IMG/VR virus record: IMGVR_UViG_3300029531_000014
Origin: a virus
DNA length: 41,788 bases
Reading direction: 5' to 3' (one strand)
Below, one piece after another: positions 30,538 to 38,243 of the stretch. Position 1 is the first letter of the stretch. Each line of letters begins with the position of its first letter. The notes under the pieces are model-generated. The model was not told where the DNA came from, did not search any database, and worked only from the letters and a program-made list of their open reading frames with translations. The position numbers and the translations under genes were made by a program.

Positions 30538-30646
30538 TACAGATTTCTTCCGATCTTGATTAAAGGAACATTCTAATTCGATGATTTAATATTCGAAAAA
30601 TACAATATGATATTAAGAAATAAAGACAATTTTCTCGTTCATTAAT

Positions 30647-30874
30647 TCACTTCCCAAACATCCCCCGCATCCTCTCGAACATTCCTTGCATCTGCTGGGC
30701 CTGTTTCTGGGCTGCATCCAGTTGGGATTGGGTGAGTTTGCCACTGGACACCAATTCGTTAATCATAGCGTTTGGGTCCTTGCCTTTCATTTGATTCATG
30801 AACTGCTGAAACTGCTGCATCATATTGGATTGGCTATTCCCGCCACCAAGAACTTGAAAAATCGGATTAGGCAT
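30647..30874 (-). CDS. Small Gln/Met-rich protein
   Basis: MPNPIFQVLGGGNSQSNMMQQFQQFMNQMKGKDP...AQKQAQQMQGMFERMRGMFGK. Confidence 0.6.
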   Translation of the reverse strand: MPNPIFQVLGGGNSQSNMMQQFQQFMNQMKGKDPNAMINELVSSGKLTQSQLDAAQKQAQQMQGMFERMRGMFGK

Positions 30875-31283
30875 TACTCTCGTCCTCCTTAGATCCCTGC
30901 TCTTTTGCAGGTTGTTTCTGCGCTGTCAGAGCGTCCAAGCGGGCAGCCAGAGCGGCTAATTCCTCTTTTGTGGCAAACTGAACAGACGATTCCTGCACGG
31001 ATTGTGAGGCTTTCTTGCCCCCCATACGTTCGGTATAATCAAATACTCGAAGAGGCATGGGCATCCCTGACGCATCAGTTGATTTGATATAAAACGTGGA
31101 GTTTTCACTGTCCATCAGCAAACGGTTTTCTCCTGGTGCAACTAAATACCCTTTTGCCCCTTCTTCCCCTTGCACCCAGATAATCCCATTTCCAGCTGTG
31201 TTTCCCTGTGGCGGAACCGGTTGTCCCTGCATAGGAGCTTGGAATGGCTGTTGCCCACGAAGCTGTGCAAGATGATCCGGCAC
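30867..31283 (-). CDS. Hypothetical protein with a Gln/Pro-rich N-terminus
   Basis: GIIWVQGEEGAKGYLVAPGENRLLMDSENSTFYIKSTDASGMPMPLRVFDY. The start is uncertain (GTG 31283, no clear SD). Confidence 0.5.
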   Translation of the reverse strand: MPDHLAQLRGQQPFQAPMQGQPVPPQGNTAGNGIIWVQGEEGAKGYLVAPGENRLLMDSENSTFYIKSTDASGMPMPLRVFDYTERMGGKKASQSVQESSVQFATKEELAALAARLDALTAQKQPAKEQGSKEDESNA

Positions 31284-31339
31284 AGGTGGCGGATAATATG
31301 GAGACTGATAGCTTGGATAATATTAATAAGCCATTTTTG

Positions 31340-31768
31340 TTATCCTTTCTCCCAAAAATATAAAACGATTTCATTTCCACTATCCCAAGTATCGTAAATG
31401 GTGCCGTCTTGCACGCAAACGACATGTCCAGATAGGGCAAGAATATAGGTCCCTTCGGGGTTCCCGTCTGCAAAGGAATTTACTGTTGTATCTTCCTCTG
31501 CCAGATTCCTTCGGTATCCATGCTCTCTGAGGTATGCCCCCCAAACATGATTTGCCGATGGCATATCTCCCATTTGATACCCTTGTAGCACAACTCCGAT
31601 ATATGTTTTTTCCCAGCTCTGTCCTAACGCTTTTGATAAAGCTCTTATTGTGCAATCCCCGACGTTTTTCTTTTCTGGATTCGGGTTGTAATAAACAAAC
31701 ATAAAACCACCTAAATAAAAAAGGATACAGTCCGCGCCTATTGGCCAGTGGTTATTTCCACTATTCAC
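31340..31768 (-). CDS. Hypothetical protein with candidate Cys/His (papain- or transglutaminase-like) residues
   Basis: GDCTIRALSKAL ... LSGHVVCVQDGTIYDTWD. GTG 31768 follows AAAGGAGGATGCA; the alternative start ATG 31702 gives MFVYYNPNP. Confidence 0.55.
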   Translation of the reverse strand: MNSGNNHWPIGADCILFYLGGFMFVYYNPNPEKKNVGDCTIRALSKALGQSWEKTYIGVVLQGYQMGDMPSANHVWGAYLREHGYRRNLAEEDTTVNSFADGNPEGTYILALSGHVVCVQDGTIYDTWDSGNEIVLYFWEKG

Positions 31769-31841
31769 TGCATCCTCCTTTAATTTTTATTCTATTGCAA
31801 TTCTTTCGCTAAAATGTTCATCCTAAATACAGGAAAAGCAC

Positions 31842-31868
31842 AAAAAAAGACCACCCAAAAGGGTGGTC
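31842..31868 (-). terminator. Rho-independent terminator after the regulator gene
   Basis: GACCACCC-tttt-GGGTGGTC followed by TTTTTTT on the minus strand. Confidence 0.7.
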
Positions 31869-32190
31869 AAAGTACATGGGAAATTTTCCGAAGTGATTCT
31901 CTGTGCCTCTCTTTAATTGTACGTTCGGAAAACCCAAGAGAATCACCGATATATCGAAAATCTTTTTTCTGAACATAATGCATCCTCAAAATAGCTTTGT
32001 CCTCATCATTCAGTGTGCATCGCGCTAAAACTGCATCAAATTCAGATACAAGCGGAATCGCTTTCAATGCTCGTCTTGTTTCAATGTGTCCTGGGCTTGA
32101 ATTTTGTTTCTGTGCCAGCAAATCAAAGAGGATTAAACATAATGCTTTACACTCTTCTAATTCGTTTACTGTTCCTTCTGGAATCTTCAT
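31867..32190 (-). CDS. Sigma-70 region-4-like / ArpU-RinA-like transcriptional regulator
   Basis: C-terminal HTH FRYIGDSLGFSERTIKERHRESLRKI. 107 aa. Confidence 0.5.
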   Translation of the reverse strand: MKIPEGTVNELEECKALCLILFDLLAQKQNSSPGHIETRRALKAIPLVSEFDAVLARCTLNDEDKAILRMHYVQKKDFRYIGDSLGFSERTIKERHRESLRKISHVL

Positions 32191-32273
32191 AAATCAAACT
32201 CCTCCATTTTCTGGTTAAAGAGGACTAACAGTTGACATATTTACAAATATGAATTATTCTTTGTATAAAGGGG

Positions 32274-32645
32274 ATGATCATTATACAAGCAAAAATCAAA
32301 GGAACACCTGCTTCTCTCCACGAGTCACTAAAAAAAGCAACAACAAGTATGTTGGTTCTTTTTCTGTTGCGTCAGAAACCTATGTACATTTATGAAATTA
32401 TGTCATCTATTTCAAAAATGAGTGACGGAAAAATTTCTTTTTGTACTCTATACGCTTTATCTAATAAACTTCAAAAATTAGGTTTTGTCCGTGTTGCATC
32501 TAAAGAAGTGAGTGAAGATAACAGAATCCGCGTATACTTGTCAATTACAGAAATAGGATTAGATTATCTTTCGGACTGTATTGCATCTTACAAAGATTTT
32601 AACCATGATATAAACGAAATACTTTCAACTGACGTCTTAAAATAA
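32274..32645 (+). CDS. PadR-family transcriptional regulator
   Basis: MLVLFLLRQKPMYIYEIMSSISKMSDGKISFCTLYALSNKLQKLGFV...NRIRVYLSITEIGLDYL. Confidence 0.7.
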   Translation: MIIIQAKIKGTPASLHESLKKATTSMLVLFLLRQKPMYIYEIMSSISKMSDGKISFCTLYALSNKLQKLGFVRVASKEVSEDNRIRVYLSITEIGLDYLSDCIASYKDFNHDINEILSTDVLK

Positions 32646-32674
32646 CCCCTCTGGATATATCCCAGAGGGGTTTT
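32646..32674. terminator. Bidirectional terminator between PadR and the endolysin
   Basis: CCCCTCTGG-atatat-CCCAGAGGGG followed by TTTT. Confidence 0.65.
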
Positions 32675-32699
32675 CCATTTACCTCTGAGCAAACATAAT

Positions 32700-33464
32700 T
32701 TACAGTAATCCTTTTCGCCCCAGCACTGCAATCACCTCATCCCGTTTCATGGGGCGCTCCGGGCTGGTGCCATCCACGATGCCATTTGCCACAGCCTTTG
32801 CCCAATGTCCCTCCTGTTGGGACCAGGCGGGCTCAGACAGCGTCTTCGCGTGGAGCTCTGCTTTCTGCATGAGCTGGTAGGCTTGTTCGTTGGTCATTTC
32901 AGAGATCAACTTTGCAATATCCATGGGTTCATCCTCTCCTTCCAGCCGCCGGTTGACCTCGGCGGCAATCTCTCCGTGCCGATTGTATAGATAATCCCCC
33001 GGGCAGGCCTTGGCGGCGAACCACCGGTGAACCGTCATATTCTGCTTGTCCGCCTGGCCGATCAAGGATTTATCCCCTTTCCACAGTAGTTTCTTGATCC
33101 CATTTCTCCGGCAGATATCCGTCAATAGGTCCAGCAATGCGGCGTAGGCTTTGTCTGACACCGGCCAATCCGGCGCCCCACCATTGTTGGCCACCTCAAT
33201 GGTGATGGCCCGATGATCGTTGGAGGCGCTGGAGGTACACCAGGACCGATTTGCTTCATCTACATATAAGGCAATCCGTCCGTCGCTTCCAATGCCGTAG
33301 TTGCTGCTGGCCTTGCGGGACGGGTCGGCAAACAAGGCCCCGCAAGTCTCTACGCTGGCATTGCCCGCCATGCAGTGGATGGAAACGGTGTCGATTACAT
33401 GGTTGCGCCGCCCGGAATGGTTAGGGGATCGTTTGGTGTAGGTTACAAGTGGGCTGTTACTCAT
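32700..33464 (-). CDS. Endolysin: N-acetylmuramoyl-L-alanine amidase (Amidase_2/PGRP type) with a C-terminal binding region
   Basis: VIDTVSIHCMAG...SSNYGIGSDGRIALYVDE...AITIEVAN...AKACPG. ATG follows GGAGTGAGGAGTGG. Confidence 0.85.
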   Translation of the reverse strand: MSNSPLVTYTKRSPNHSGRRNHVIDTVSIHCMAGNASVETCGALFADPSRKASSNYGIGSDGRIALYVDEANRSWCTSSASNDHRAITIEVANNGGAPDWPVSDKAYAALLDLLTDICRRNGIKKLLWKGDKSLIGQADKQNMTVHRWFAAKACPGDYLYNRHGEIAAEVNRRLEGEDEPMDIAKLISEMTNEQAYQLMQKAELHAKTLSEPAWSQQEGHWAKAVANGIVDGTSPERPMKRDEVIAVLGRKGLL

Positions 33465-33513
33465 CCACTCCTCACTCCTTTCAAGCAGGACAAAAAGTCC
33501 CCGGCCTGTTCTC

Positions 33514-33541
33514 TTGACAAACCAGGGCGGGATGGTATAAT
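33514..33541 (+). promoter_or_regulatory. Plus-strand consensus promoter TTGACA-16-TATAAT with TGn
   Basis: TTGACAaaccagggcgggaTGGTATAAT. It faces into the minus-strand lysis operon. Confidence 0.6.
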
Positions 33542-33547
33542 GAAAAA

Positions 33548-33645
33548 CAGAAAGGGCGCTGCTACAAGCGGTTTAGCCCGTGCAAGTTAAGAGATCAAAG
33601 CAAAAGCCTTGAAACCGTCACTTGGCCGAGTGGCGGTTTCTGCCT
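33548..33645 (+). ncRNA. Candidate antisense RNA (may extend to the 33855 terminator)
   Basis: Runs from the promoter above to hairpin 33611..33640. It has no ATG-initiated ORF downstream of the predicted start, and its 5' end is homologous to the opposite-strand leader. Confidence 0.4.
33611..33640. terminator. Shared 11-bp hairpin between the convergent promoters
   Basis: GAAACCGTCAC-ttggccga-GTGGCGGTTTC with moderately U-rich tails in both orientations. Confidence 0.5.
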
Positions 33646-33701
33646 TTAATGCGAATCGTTACGGTATATCCAAAGATATGTAACGTAATCGTAATGGGCA
33701 T
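33618..33701 (-). CDS. 27-codon ORF with a strong sequestered SD (candidate type I toxin-like peptide)
   Basis: AGGAGGTGAGGCCC-ATG gives MPITITLHIFGYTVTIRIKGRNRHSAK. The SD is paired in CCUCC-GAAA-GGAGG and the stop lies inside the shared hairpin. Confidence 0.4.
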   Translation of the reverse strand: MPITITLHIFGYTVTIRIKGRNRHSAK

Positions 33702-33786
33702 GGGCCTCACCTCCTTTCGGAGGATGTGGCTAAACCGCCTGCCGTTTTGTGCAGCGCCTCTTTCTGTCCCCTTTCGGGGCGCATCC

Positions 33787-33816
33787 ATCATACCATGCCG
33801 CGCCGCGGATTGTCAA
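33787..33816 (-). promoter_or_regulatory. Minus-strand promoter TTGACA-18-TATGAT with TGn
   Basis: TTGACAatccgcggcgcggcaTGGTATGAT, read on the minus strand. Confidence 0.6.
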
Positions 33817-33822
33817 TTTTTG

Positions 33823-33855
33823 CTGTCCCTTTACCAGGGGCAGTTTTTTGTTTTT
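33823..33855 (+). terminator. Rho-independent terminator oriented for the plus strand
   Basis: CTGTCCC-tttacca-GGGGCAG followed by TTTTTTGTTTTT. Confidence 0.65.
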
Positions 33856-33861
33856 GCAAGA

Positions 33862-34062
33862 TTATCGGAACAGATCCGCCAGCGTCTTTGTCTTAGACTT
33901 CAAGTAGGAACGCTGAATATCGTTCCATTCGTCCATCTCCTTCTCCCAGCCGGTCCAGCCCTGCTGCTGCGCATACATGCGGGAGGCAATGTCTACGTCC
34001 ACGCCCTCTTTCTCGCTGATAGCCTTAATTGCCATGCGATTCGCATAAAAACGGTTTGCCAT
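33862..34062 (-). CDS. Hypothetical protein in the lysis cassette
   Basis: 66 aa. ATG follows AAGGAGAATTCGT. Confidence 0.55.
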   Translation of the reverse strand: MANRFYANRMAIKAISEKEGVDVDIASRMYAQQQGWTGWEKEMDEWNDIQRSYLKSKTKTLADLFR

Positions 34063-34083
34063 ACGAATTCTCCTTCTTTGTCT

Positions 34084-34311
34084 TTAGTTTTTGTTTGCAG
34101 TTTCTTTCTCAACTTCCGGCAGGCCCTTGATACTAACCAGCAAGGACAGTATGCCGGACAGTATGGTGGCCGACAGAACCACCGGCCATTCCACCGCAGA
34201 AAGCACCGCTGCCGCCCCAATCGTGGCAATGGCGGTCTCTGCCATGGTCTTGATTGCACGGATTCCCGCCGCTTTCCACCAGGCTTTCCATTTCTCACTC
34301 ATTCCCTTCAC
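34084..34311 (-). CDS. Holin (r1t / LL-H-like)
   Basis: KAAGIRAIKTMAETAIATIGAAAVLSAVEWPVVLSATILSGILSLLVSIKGLPE. The start is GTG 34311 or ATG 34302. Confidence 0.7.
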   Translation of the reverse strand: MKGMSEKWKAWWKAAGIRAIKTMAETAIATIGAAAVLSAVEWPVVLSATILSGILSLLVSIKGLPEVEKETANKN

Positions 34312-34317
34312 CCCCTC

Positions 34318-34668
34318 TCACAGCCCGATTTTTGCCAGCAGAAACGCAATCACTGCCGCGAAAACAGCCCAGATTGCTTTATCAGCCAACCCTTCCCACC
34401 GGCGTGCGGGCTTGATCTGGAGCTCACTCACCTGGCTGAGTGCCGATGTGATTTTGGAGGACATTTCATCCAGCTTGTCCAGAATCTGAACATACTGTTC
34501 GTCCCGGCGTGCGCTCTCAGTTTCCAGGGCCCGGATGCGGTCATACATCTCCTTATGGGTCTGCCGGGCCGCATCTAAATGGCTGTTCAGAGACTTCTCC
34601 AACATGTTAGCCTTTTGCAGCCCCAGGCATTCATTCCCGGGGTTAAAGGTACACTTGTCCATGGGCAT
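34318..34668 (-). CDS. XhlA-like protein (coiled coil plus C-terminal TM)
   Basis: A coiled coil followed by AIWAVFAAVIAFLLAKIGL. It lies immediately upstream of the holin, as in PBSX xhlA-xhlB-xlyA. Confidence 0.55.
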   Translation of the reverse strand: MPMDKCTFNPGNECLGLQKANMLEKSLNSHLDAARQTHKEMYDRIRALETESARRDEQYVQILDKLDEMSSKITSALSQVSELQIKPARRWEGLADKAIWAVFAAVIAFLLAKIGL

Positions 34669-34701
34669 AACAGTCCTCCTCTCTCTGTGTGGGATGGTTC
34701 G

Positions 34702-35172
34702 TCAGGGTTCCACTTCCTCCCAAAACTCCGGATTCGTCTCCGGGGACCAGGTGTTGGTGTCGATCTTGCTGCGCCAGGTTTTGCCACCAGCGGTGCAGCA
34801 GTCCCCTTTGGCGTAGGGGGACGTGGAGAGGGAGAGGAAGGGCAGCGCCTTGTCCGGGTCGGTGGACCAGACAAATCCCCACTGGGCGGGCAGTTCCTCC
34901 GGTTCCTGGGGGTAGATTTCACTGTCGTAGACCTGGAGGAGACGAACCACCCGCCCGGCGCTGGACCGGCAGACAAAGCCATCTTTCTGGCCTGCCTTGC
35001 GCTCCAGCATGTTTTTGGCAGTTCTGGCCGCCTGGAAGTCTGGGATATACTCCTCTGCGGCACAGAGTTCCGTGCCGGTCATGGAGGGGGATTCTGCTTG
35101 CAAGTTGACTGCGGCAGACTTCCCCGCCCGGCGCAAGGTATCCAAAACAAACTCTTTTTCAGTCAACGTCAT
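34702..35172 (-). CDS. Hypothetical protein with CBM5/12-like C-terminal motif
   Basis: PYAKGDCCTAGGKTWRSKIDTNTWSPETNPEFWEEV. Confidence 0.5.
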   Translation of the reverse strand: MTLTEKEFVLDTLRRAGKSAAVNLQAESPSMTGTELCAAEEYIPDFQAARTAKNMLERKAGQKDGFVCRSSAGRVVRLLQVYDSEIYPQEPEELPAQWGFVWSTDPDKALPFLSLSTSPYAKGDCCTAGGKTWRSKIDTNTWSPETNPEFWEEVEP

Positions 35173-35455
35173 TCACTCCTTCTCGAATTGCTGCCGCCAT
35201 GGCGGCCCAGGTAACGGGTTCCTCCGGATCTTCCGGCGGGAGGTCGGGGTGGTCTGCTTCATAGGCGTCCAGCGCCTCCTGGTTGGTCTCCAGGCTTGTC
35301 ACAGCGCCCTTTTCCACGGTCAGGGTCACAAACCCCTTTGCCGCAAGATAGGGGCTCAGGAGATCGTCAGGTAGGGTCACACAGTTTGGAAAAGGTTGTC
35401 CCATGGGGTTGCCGTGGTTGCCAGATTCGTTGGGGGTTGGGTTAATGTAATACAT
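35159..35455 (-). CDS. Hypothetical tail-fibre-associated protein
   Basis: 98 aa, MYYINPTPNESGNHGNPMG..., following the fibre gene. Confidence 0.5.
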   Translation of the reverse strand: MYYINPTPNESGNHGNPMGQPFPNCVTLPDDLLSPYLAAKGFVTLTVEKGAVTSLETNQEALDAYEADHPDLPPEDPEEPVTWAAMAAAIREGVNDVD

Positions 35456-35470
35456 GGTTGGCCTCCTCTC

Positions 35471-36979
35471 TTAACCTAATGCAGCGAAAAAATATTTCAC
35501 TTTTTTTGCATTTAGTTGGGCGTATTCATTGTTTTGATACCAGGATAGTATATTCTTATTGAATTTGGCATTCAGGGGATACAAATCGTTAGACGAACTT
35601 GGCCCTATTGTAAAACCGCGGGTCCCAGAAAGAAAAAATGCAAAACCATATCCGGTACCATCACCGTTGCCAATACTGTAAGATTGAATATGGACGAATT
35701 TTGGTTCAAATCCAAATGTAAGAGTATTGGGATTTCCGCTCCCAGACGTTCCGGTTCCCACGTAGGAACCGGTTTCTATGCTTGTCTTATCCCCCAACAC
35801 CCCCAGATACTCAATAGTGGTGCCTGCGGGGATGGCGGGGTAGCCGGTGACCTGTTGCATTTTATTGACAAGAAATCCATAATTATATGGATAACCGAGA
35901 GAGACTCCGTTTTCAAAGTAACTGACAATGGCATCATCGGGGATATAGACAAGGTTAGTTCCTTCACTTCCACCATTATCTTTTTCTCCACTCACAGTAA
36001 TAAATTTACCTCTAATAGCACTTTGAATATTACTAACCCAGCTATCATTAGTGGCATTTGCGGTATAACTTTTTACATTTTCCTGTGTCAATGTCCCAGT
36101 ATCGGAAACTTTAATTGTCTCGGAGTAATAATAATTGGACGCATTACCAGTCCACGCCGATGCAAACAGGTATCCACTCACCATATCCCCCAACACATAC
36201 CCCGCCTCTTTCGCATCATCTCCCTCCTGGTAAGCGTTGCGGTTCGTGGAAGTTAGGTAGGTGACGTGGGTGCCGGGGGGAACGGCTGGATAAGCATCTA
36301 CATACTGTAATTTGTTCACAAGAATCCAGCCATTATTGTTAGAATTCAGGGTTACAGTTGCGTCTGATGGTATATAATAAATCTTATTCGTATCTAAATT
36401 AACTGGACCTTTACCAAAAGAATATCTAAGTTGTATATATTTACCGTTAAGAACAGTAACAGGGCTCGGAACACTATTTGTAGAAATTACGGAATTAAGA
36501 TTTACTACTCCATTCTCATTTACAGTGATTTCCGTACTATATTTTAGTTCAGCAGTGGTATCCCCAATTAAAAAAATTAATGCGTTAGATACTGTTTGAT
36601 CTCCTACGTTATTTCGATTAGTAGTGTCATCCACCAATCTGTACCCCGCCGGAATCTCCTCCTCCGTAACAACCGTCTTCCTCCACACATGGACATTGCC
36701 GATGTTTGCAAGGACATTGAAAGCATCGTTAGGAGTTGAATTAGCTCCCGTAGAAAGGCCCAGCGTGGAGATCACCGTATCTGAGAGAAGGTTTGCTTTG
36801 TTTAGAAGGGTTCCCAGCTGGGTCCAACCGTCCTTGTTGATCCCATTGAAATCTACGGGAAATGTCCCGGCAATCATGGCCTGTAAAAAGTCCTCATAGG
36901 TTGGATATAGGGACAAGGCCTCCCCCACTGTCTTTAGGTATCGTGAATTCCCGTTCCCTTTCATAATGGCGTCTTGCAC
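35471..36979 (-). CDS. Tail fibre / receptor-binding protein with an internal domain duplication
   Basis: N-terminus KGNGNSRYLKTV...YPTYEDFLQAMIAGTFPVDFNGIN...NKANLLSD. Two homologous roughly 75-aa modules are present. Confidence 0.7.
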   Translation of the reverse strand: MQDAIMKGNGNSRYLKTVGEALSLYPTYEDFLQAMIAGTFPVDFNGINKDGWTQLGTLLNKANLLSDTVISTLGLSTGANSTPNDAFNVLANIGNVHVWRKTVVTEEEIPAGYRLVDDTTNRNNVGDQTVSNALIFLIGDTTAELKYSTEITVNENGVVNLNSVISTNSVPSPVTVLNGKYIQLRYSFGKGPVNLDTNKIYYIPSDATVTLNSNNNGWILVNKLQYVDAYPAVPPGTHVTYLTSTNRNAYQEGDDAKEAGYVLGDMVSGYLFASAWTGNASNYYYSETIKVSDTGTLTQENVKSYTANATNDSWVSNIQSAIRGKFITVSGEKDNGGSEGTNLVYIPDDAIVSYFENGVSLGYPYNYGFLVNKMQQVTGYPAIPAGTTIEYLGVLGDKTSIETGSYVGTGTSGSGNPNTLTFGFEPKFVHIQSYSIGNGDGTGYGFAFFLSGTRGFTIGPSSSNDLYPLNAKFNKNILSWYQNNEYAQLNAKKVKYFFAALG

Positions 36980-36995
36980 TAAAACACACCCTTTC

Positions 36996-38240
36996 TTAAA
37001 ATTCTCCGCACATGGCCTCTCCCGCCATGAGATAGGATTTATCCATCCATTGGAACATGGATTCTACTTGGACAAGGATCTTTTCCAAATTGTTCGCTTC
37101 CTGGAAGGTGAAACTCTGCATATCAGAGGGGGCTTCTGGAAGATCAGGTACAAAGGGGAATGTCTCTCGAATCCGTTTAACATTAGAAACATATCCCTCA
37201 GATTGCTCTAATGTTGGCTTGTCCTCTTTCACCCAATAATCTCTGCCCGGTTCTGGATTGACTGGAACATACGGGTTTATATACCCACGGGAATATAAGC
37301 TATCTGAAAGGAACTCGGCAGCCGTTGTAACCCGGTTCATATCAGTTTCGTTATATGCTCCCTTGTAGCTTGTCTGTGCAAGCTGAATTAGTTCTTCTTC
37401 TGTCTGATCTTCTTTGGATAAAATCGTAAGAAGTTCCTCAATGTCCGCCTGGCTACGGTCTGTAATGAGCCGTATGACATAAAGCCGAAAAGAAGAGGAC
37501 AGACCTGCTTTGTCCGTTGCGGTAACAGTGATGTAGTTCTCCCCCACGCGAAGCGGCACCGTATGTGAGAACTGTCCGTGTTCATCAATAGCCGCTTCCT
37601 CCCCTCCCACAAGCAAGGTGACAGGAGATGTCGTCACATCCTTTGTTATCCCTTCCACCGTAATAGATTCATCGTCAACGATTTGTCTGTACTCGTTCAC
37701 TGTCAGCTCAGGAGGAACCGTATCTACAATGTAAACCGAAGATAAACTGGCTTGATTCCCGTCGTTGTCCTGGATGGAGGCGGTCAAGCTGTGATTCCCT
37801 TCGCTCAGTTCATTTCGTGGAGTATAGGTGAACTGATAACCTTTCTCCGTGGCCTGCGTGGAAATATCTCCCTCGACCCCATCAATCAGCATAGACAGAG
37901 AGGATGGATCAATCCCGGAGCCGTTCTCCTCGTCAAATGCTTCTACAACAAAGGTCGGAACATTGGTTGTCAATATCCCTTCTGCCGGAGATAATAGCTG
38001 AATAGTCGGGGGGACTTCCTCTTGCACCGTCAACCGAAGCCCAGGGATATTCGTCCCATCCGTTGTGGTGGAAACGCCCTTGTCGTTCGTCGCGGTTATT
38101 TCTGTGTTGAAATATCCCCCTTCTTCATTGTGGGAGGTTTTGGCCGGAACAATGACAGTCTCATATTTCCTTGTCGTTTCATTAAATGTAAGAGTGTATT
38201 CCTGTCCATCGAACGTCGCTTTTACCGTAGTTATCGACAT
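36996..38240 (-). CDS. Tail-associated protein with Ig-like (Big) domains
   Basis: Repeated beta-rich modules (PPTIQLLSPAEG..., VDTVPPELTV..., ENYITVTATDKAGL). Confidence 0.6.
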   Translation of the reverse strand: MSITTVKATFDGQEYTLTFNETTRKYETVIVPAKTSHNEEGGYFNTEITATNDKGVSTTTDGTNIPGLRLTVQEEVPPTIQLLSPAEGILTTNVPTFVVEAFDEENGSGIDPSSLSMLIDGVEGDISTQATEKGYQFTYTPRNELSEGNHSLTASIQDNDGNQASLSSVYIVDTVPPELTVNEYRQIVDDESITVEGITKDVTTSPVTLLVGGEEAAIDEHGQFSHTVPLRVGENYITVTATDKAGLSSSFRLYVIRLITDRSQADIEELLTILSKEDQTEEELIQLAQTSYKGAYNETDMNRVTTAAEFLSDSLYSRGYINPYVPVNPEPGRDYWVKEDKPTLEQSEGYVSNVKRIRETFPFVPDLPEAPSDMQSFTFQEANNLEKILVQVESMFQWMDKSYLMAGEAMCGEF

Positions 38241-38243
38241 GAA

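Noticed and set aside
33540-33590. 16-codon ORF MKNRKGAATSGLARAS on the plus-strand RNA
   Set aside because: Its ATG overlaps the -10 box of the promoter that would transcribe it, so it would lie upstream of the transcription start. There is no SD.
35471-36979. Diversity-generating retroelement targeting the tail fibre
   Set aside because: No reverse transcriptase gene and no template/variable DNA repeat pair are present. The two similar modules are diverged protein-level paralogues.
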